Assembly: GCA_963850875.1 (NCBI GenBank)
Contig: CAWKNA010000003.1
Location: forward strand, 78,972 to 142,971
Direction of reading: 5' to 3'
Length of the DNA stretch: 64,000 bases
Source: an uncultured Actinomycetota bacterium
Lineage (GTDB): Bacteria > Actinomycetota > Actinomycetes > Streptosporangiales > Streptosporangiaceae
This document shows positions 62,813 through 64,000 of the stretch, piece by piece. Under the pieces are notes generated by a model. The model searched no databases and was not told the origin of the DNA. It saw nothing but the letters and a program-made list of their open reading frames with translations. The first letter of the stretch is position 1, and each line of letters opens with the position of its first letter. The position numbers and the translations under genes were made by a program.

Positions 62813-64000
62813 CTCCCGCCCCGCCTCATGATCACGGAGGATCAGCTGCGCCAGGAGCCGCCAATCCGCCGCGATCATGGAGCCTGCCGTTGTGGCAGTC
62901 GCTGCAGTCGATCGGCCGTGACCCGCAAACCAGCGGATACCGGCGCTATTCGTTTACCGAAGCGGACTCCGCCTGCCGCGACTGGTTTTTCAAAGCAGCG
63001 GCCCAACGAAACCTCCGTGCTGACTGTGACCGCAACGGCAACCTGTGGGCCTGGTGGGATGTCTCGGACAATTCCAGGGCGATCGTGACCGGGAGCCATC
63101 TGGATTCGGTGCCTGATGGCGGGGGGTTTGACGGGCCGCTCGGCGTGGTCTGCGCATTCGCGGCGATCGACCTGCTCAAAGAGCGTGGCCTGATGCCGGT
63201 CCGGCCGCTCGGCGTGGTCGCGTTCATCGAGGAGGAGGGTGCCAGGTTCGGGGTGGCCTGCCTGGGCAGCCGCCTGCTGACCGGCGTGATCACCCCGGAC
63301 GCGGCCCGGGCGCTGACCGACTCGGGCGGAGTCAGCCTGGCAGCGGCGATGGCGGCAGCCGGGCTCGACCCGCAGGCGATCGGCCCGGATCCCGAGCTGG
63401 TCGCGAGCATCGCCGGGTACGTCGAACTGCACATCGAGCAGGGCAGCGCGCTCGACGGGATGGGGGCAGCGGTGGGGGTCGCCGAGTCGATCTGGCCGCA
63501 CGGCCGGTGGCGGCTGGACTTCACCGGCCGGGCCGACCACGCAGGCACCACCCGGCTGGCCGACCGCCGCGACCCGATGCTGCCGTACGCCGCGACCGTG
63601 CTCGCCGCTCGCGCGGCGGCGGCCGCCCACCAGTCGCTGGCCACGTTCGGTAAGGTCGTCGCCGAGCCGGGCGGCGCCAACGCGATCTGCGCCGCGGTCC
63701 ACGCCTGGCTGGACGCGCGGGCCCCGGACGAGAGCAGCCTGAACCGGCTGGTCAGCCGGGTCATCGGAGCCGCTCAGGGGTCGGCGACCGAGCATGGCGT
63801 GCAGGTGAGTACCCGGCGCGAGTCGTTCACGCCGGTTGTGGATTTTGATCGTGATCTTCGCGACCGGGCGGTCGGCGCACTGGCCGCACGGGGGCTTGCC
63901 GCGCCCGTGCTGCCGACCGGAGCCGGGCATGACGCCGGGGTGCTCGCTGCCAGGCTGCCGACCGCGATGCTGTTCGTCCGTAACCCATCCGGGGTGTCAC
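62809..64000 (+). CDS. M20-family amidohydrolase (allantoate amidohydrolase / N-carbamoyl-amino-acid hydrolase-like), 3' end outside the window
   Basis: Not in the ORF track because it has no stop. The GTG at 62809 overlaps the hutU stop (GTGA). My hand translation is open to base 64000 and includes [56 protein letters not shown]. Confidence 0.85.
   Translation, partial: MTPAPPHDHGGSAAPGAANPPRSWSLPLWQSLQSIGRDPQTSGYRRYSFTEADSACRDWFFKAAAQRNLRADCDRNGNLWAWWDVSDNSRAIVTGSHLDSVPDGGGFDGPLGVVCAFAAIDLLKERGLMPVRPLGVVAFIEEEGARFGVACLGSRLLTGVITPDAARALTDSGGVSLAAAMAAAGLDPQAIGPDPELVASIAGYVELHIEQGSALDGMGAAVGVAESIWPHGRWRLDFTGRADHAGTTRLADRRDPMLPYAATVLAARAAAAAHQSLATFGKVVAEPGGANAICAAVHAWLDARAPDESSLNRLVSRVIGAAQGSATEHGVQVSTRRESFTPVVDFDRDLRDRAVGALAARGLAAPVLPTGAGHDAGVLAARLPTAMLFVRNPSGVS

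Noticed and set aside
1-64000. tRNA, rRNA, tmRNA, IS elements, integrases, prophage or classical defence genes.
   Set aside because: No T-loop/acceptor-like patterns, no DDE/tyrosine-recombinase motifs, and no terminal inverted repeats bracketing genes were noticed. Absence is by eye only.

Overview
High-GC actinobacterial chromosomal segment, densely coding: about 60 supportable CDS plus a few gene remnants. I found no rRNA, tRNA, CRISPR array, transposase or integrase. Most long ORFs in the six-frame track are GC-driven shadow ORFs antisense to real genes. Layout: (1) 1-9.1 kb looks accessory: a 5'-truncated CHAT protein, USP, two VOC proteins, a hydrolase, an orphan SPPY-type DNA methyltransferase directly downstream of an orphan histidine kinase, and truncated GNAT and EamA remnants. 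(2) 9-13 kb holds PPK2, a Rieske oxygenase, SRPBCC, nucleotidyltransferase and CBS genes. (3) 13.5-32 kb is a conserved core block: hisN, rsgA, aroA, SRAP, a DksA-like gene, sigH-rsrA, an HD-GYP pair, biotin carboxylase + TB7.3-like BCCP + hotdog thioesterase, a TPP enzyme, pdtaS, whiB1, a DAG-kinase-like gene and usfX-sigF. From memory this matches the M. tuberculosis aroA..whiB1 neighbourhood with extra genes inserted. (4) 32.5-47.7 kb holds sodN/sodX (Ni-SOD), an APC permease, CGNR, ADH, PadR, kgd, a Xi-class GST, DedA, a nitrilase, GntR and MntP. (5) 47.8-53.7 kb is a ferredoxin / methyltransferase / prenyltransferase-like / methyltransferase / GT4 / gmd cluster. (6) 53.7-64 kb holds VIT, a peptide/nickel ABC importer, hutU, and an M20 amidohydrolase that runs off the 3' edge and is missing from the ORF track. 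I cannot point to a confident new system. The best leads are the translationally coupled GT4-MT-prenyltransferase-like cluster, the HK-methyltransferase pair, the carboxyltransferase-less BC-BCCP-thioesterase operon, a GCTGG-rich noncoding minisatellite carrying G4 motifs, and in-frame tandem-repeat insertions in housekeeping enzymes (AroA, SRAP and others).
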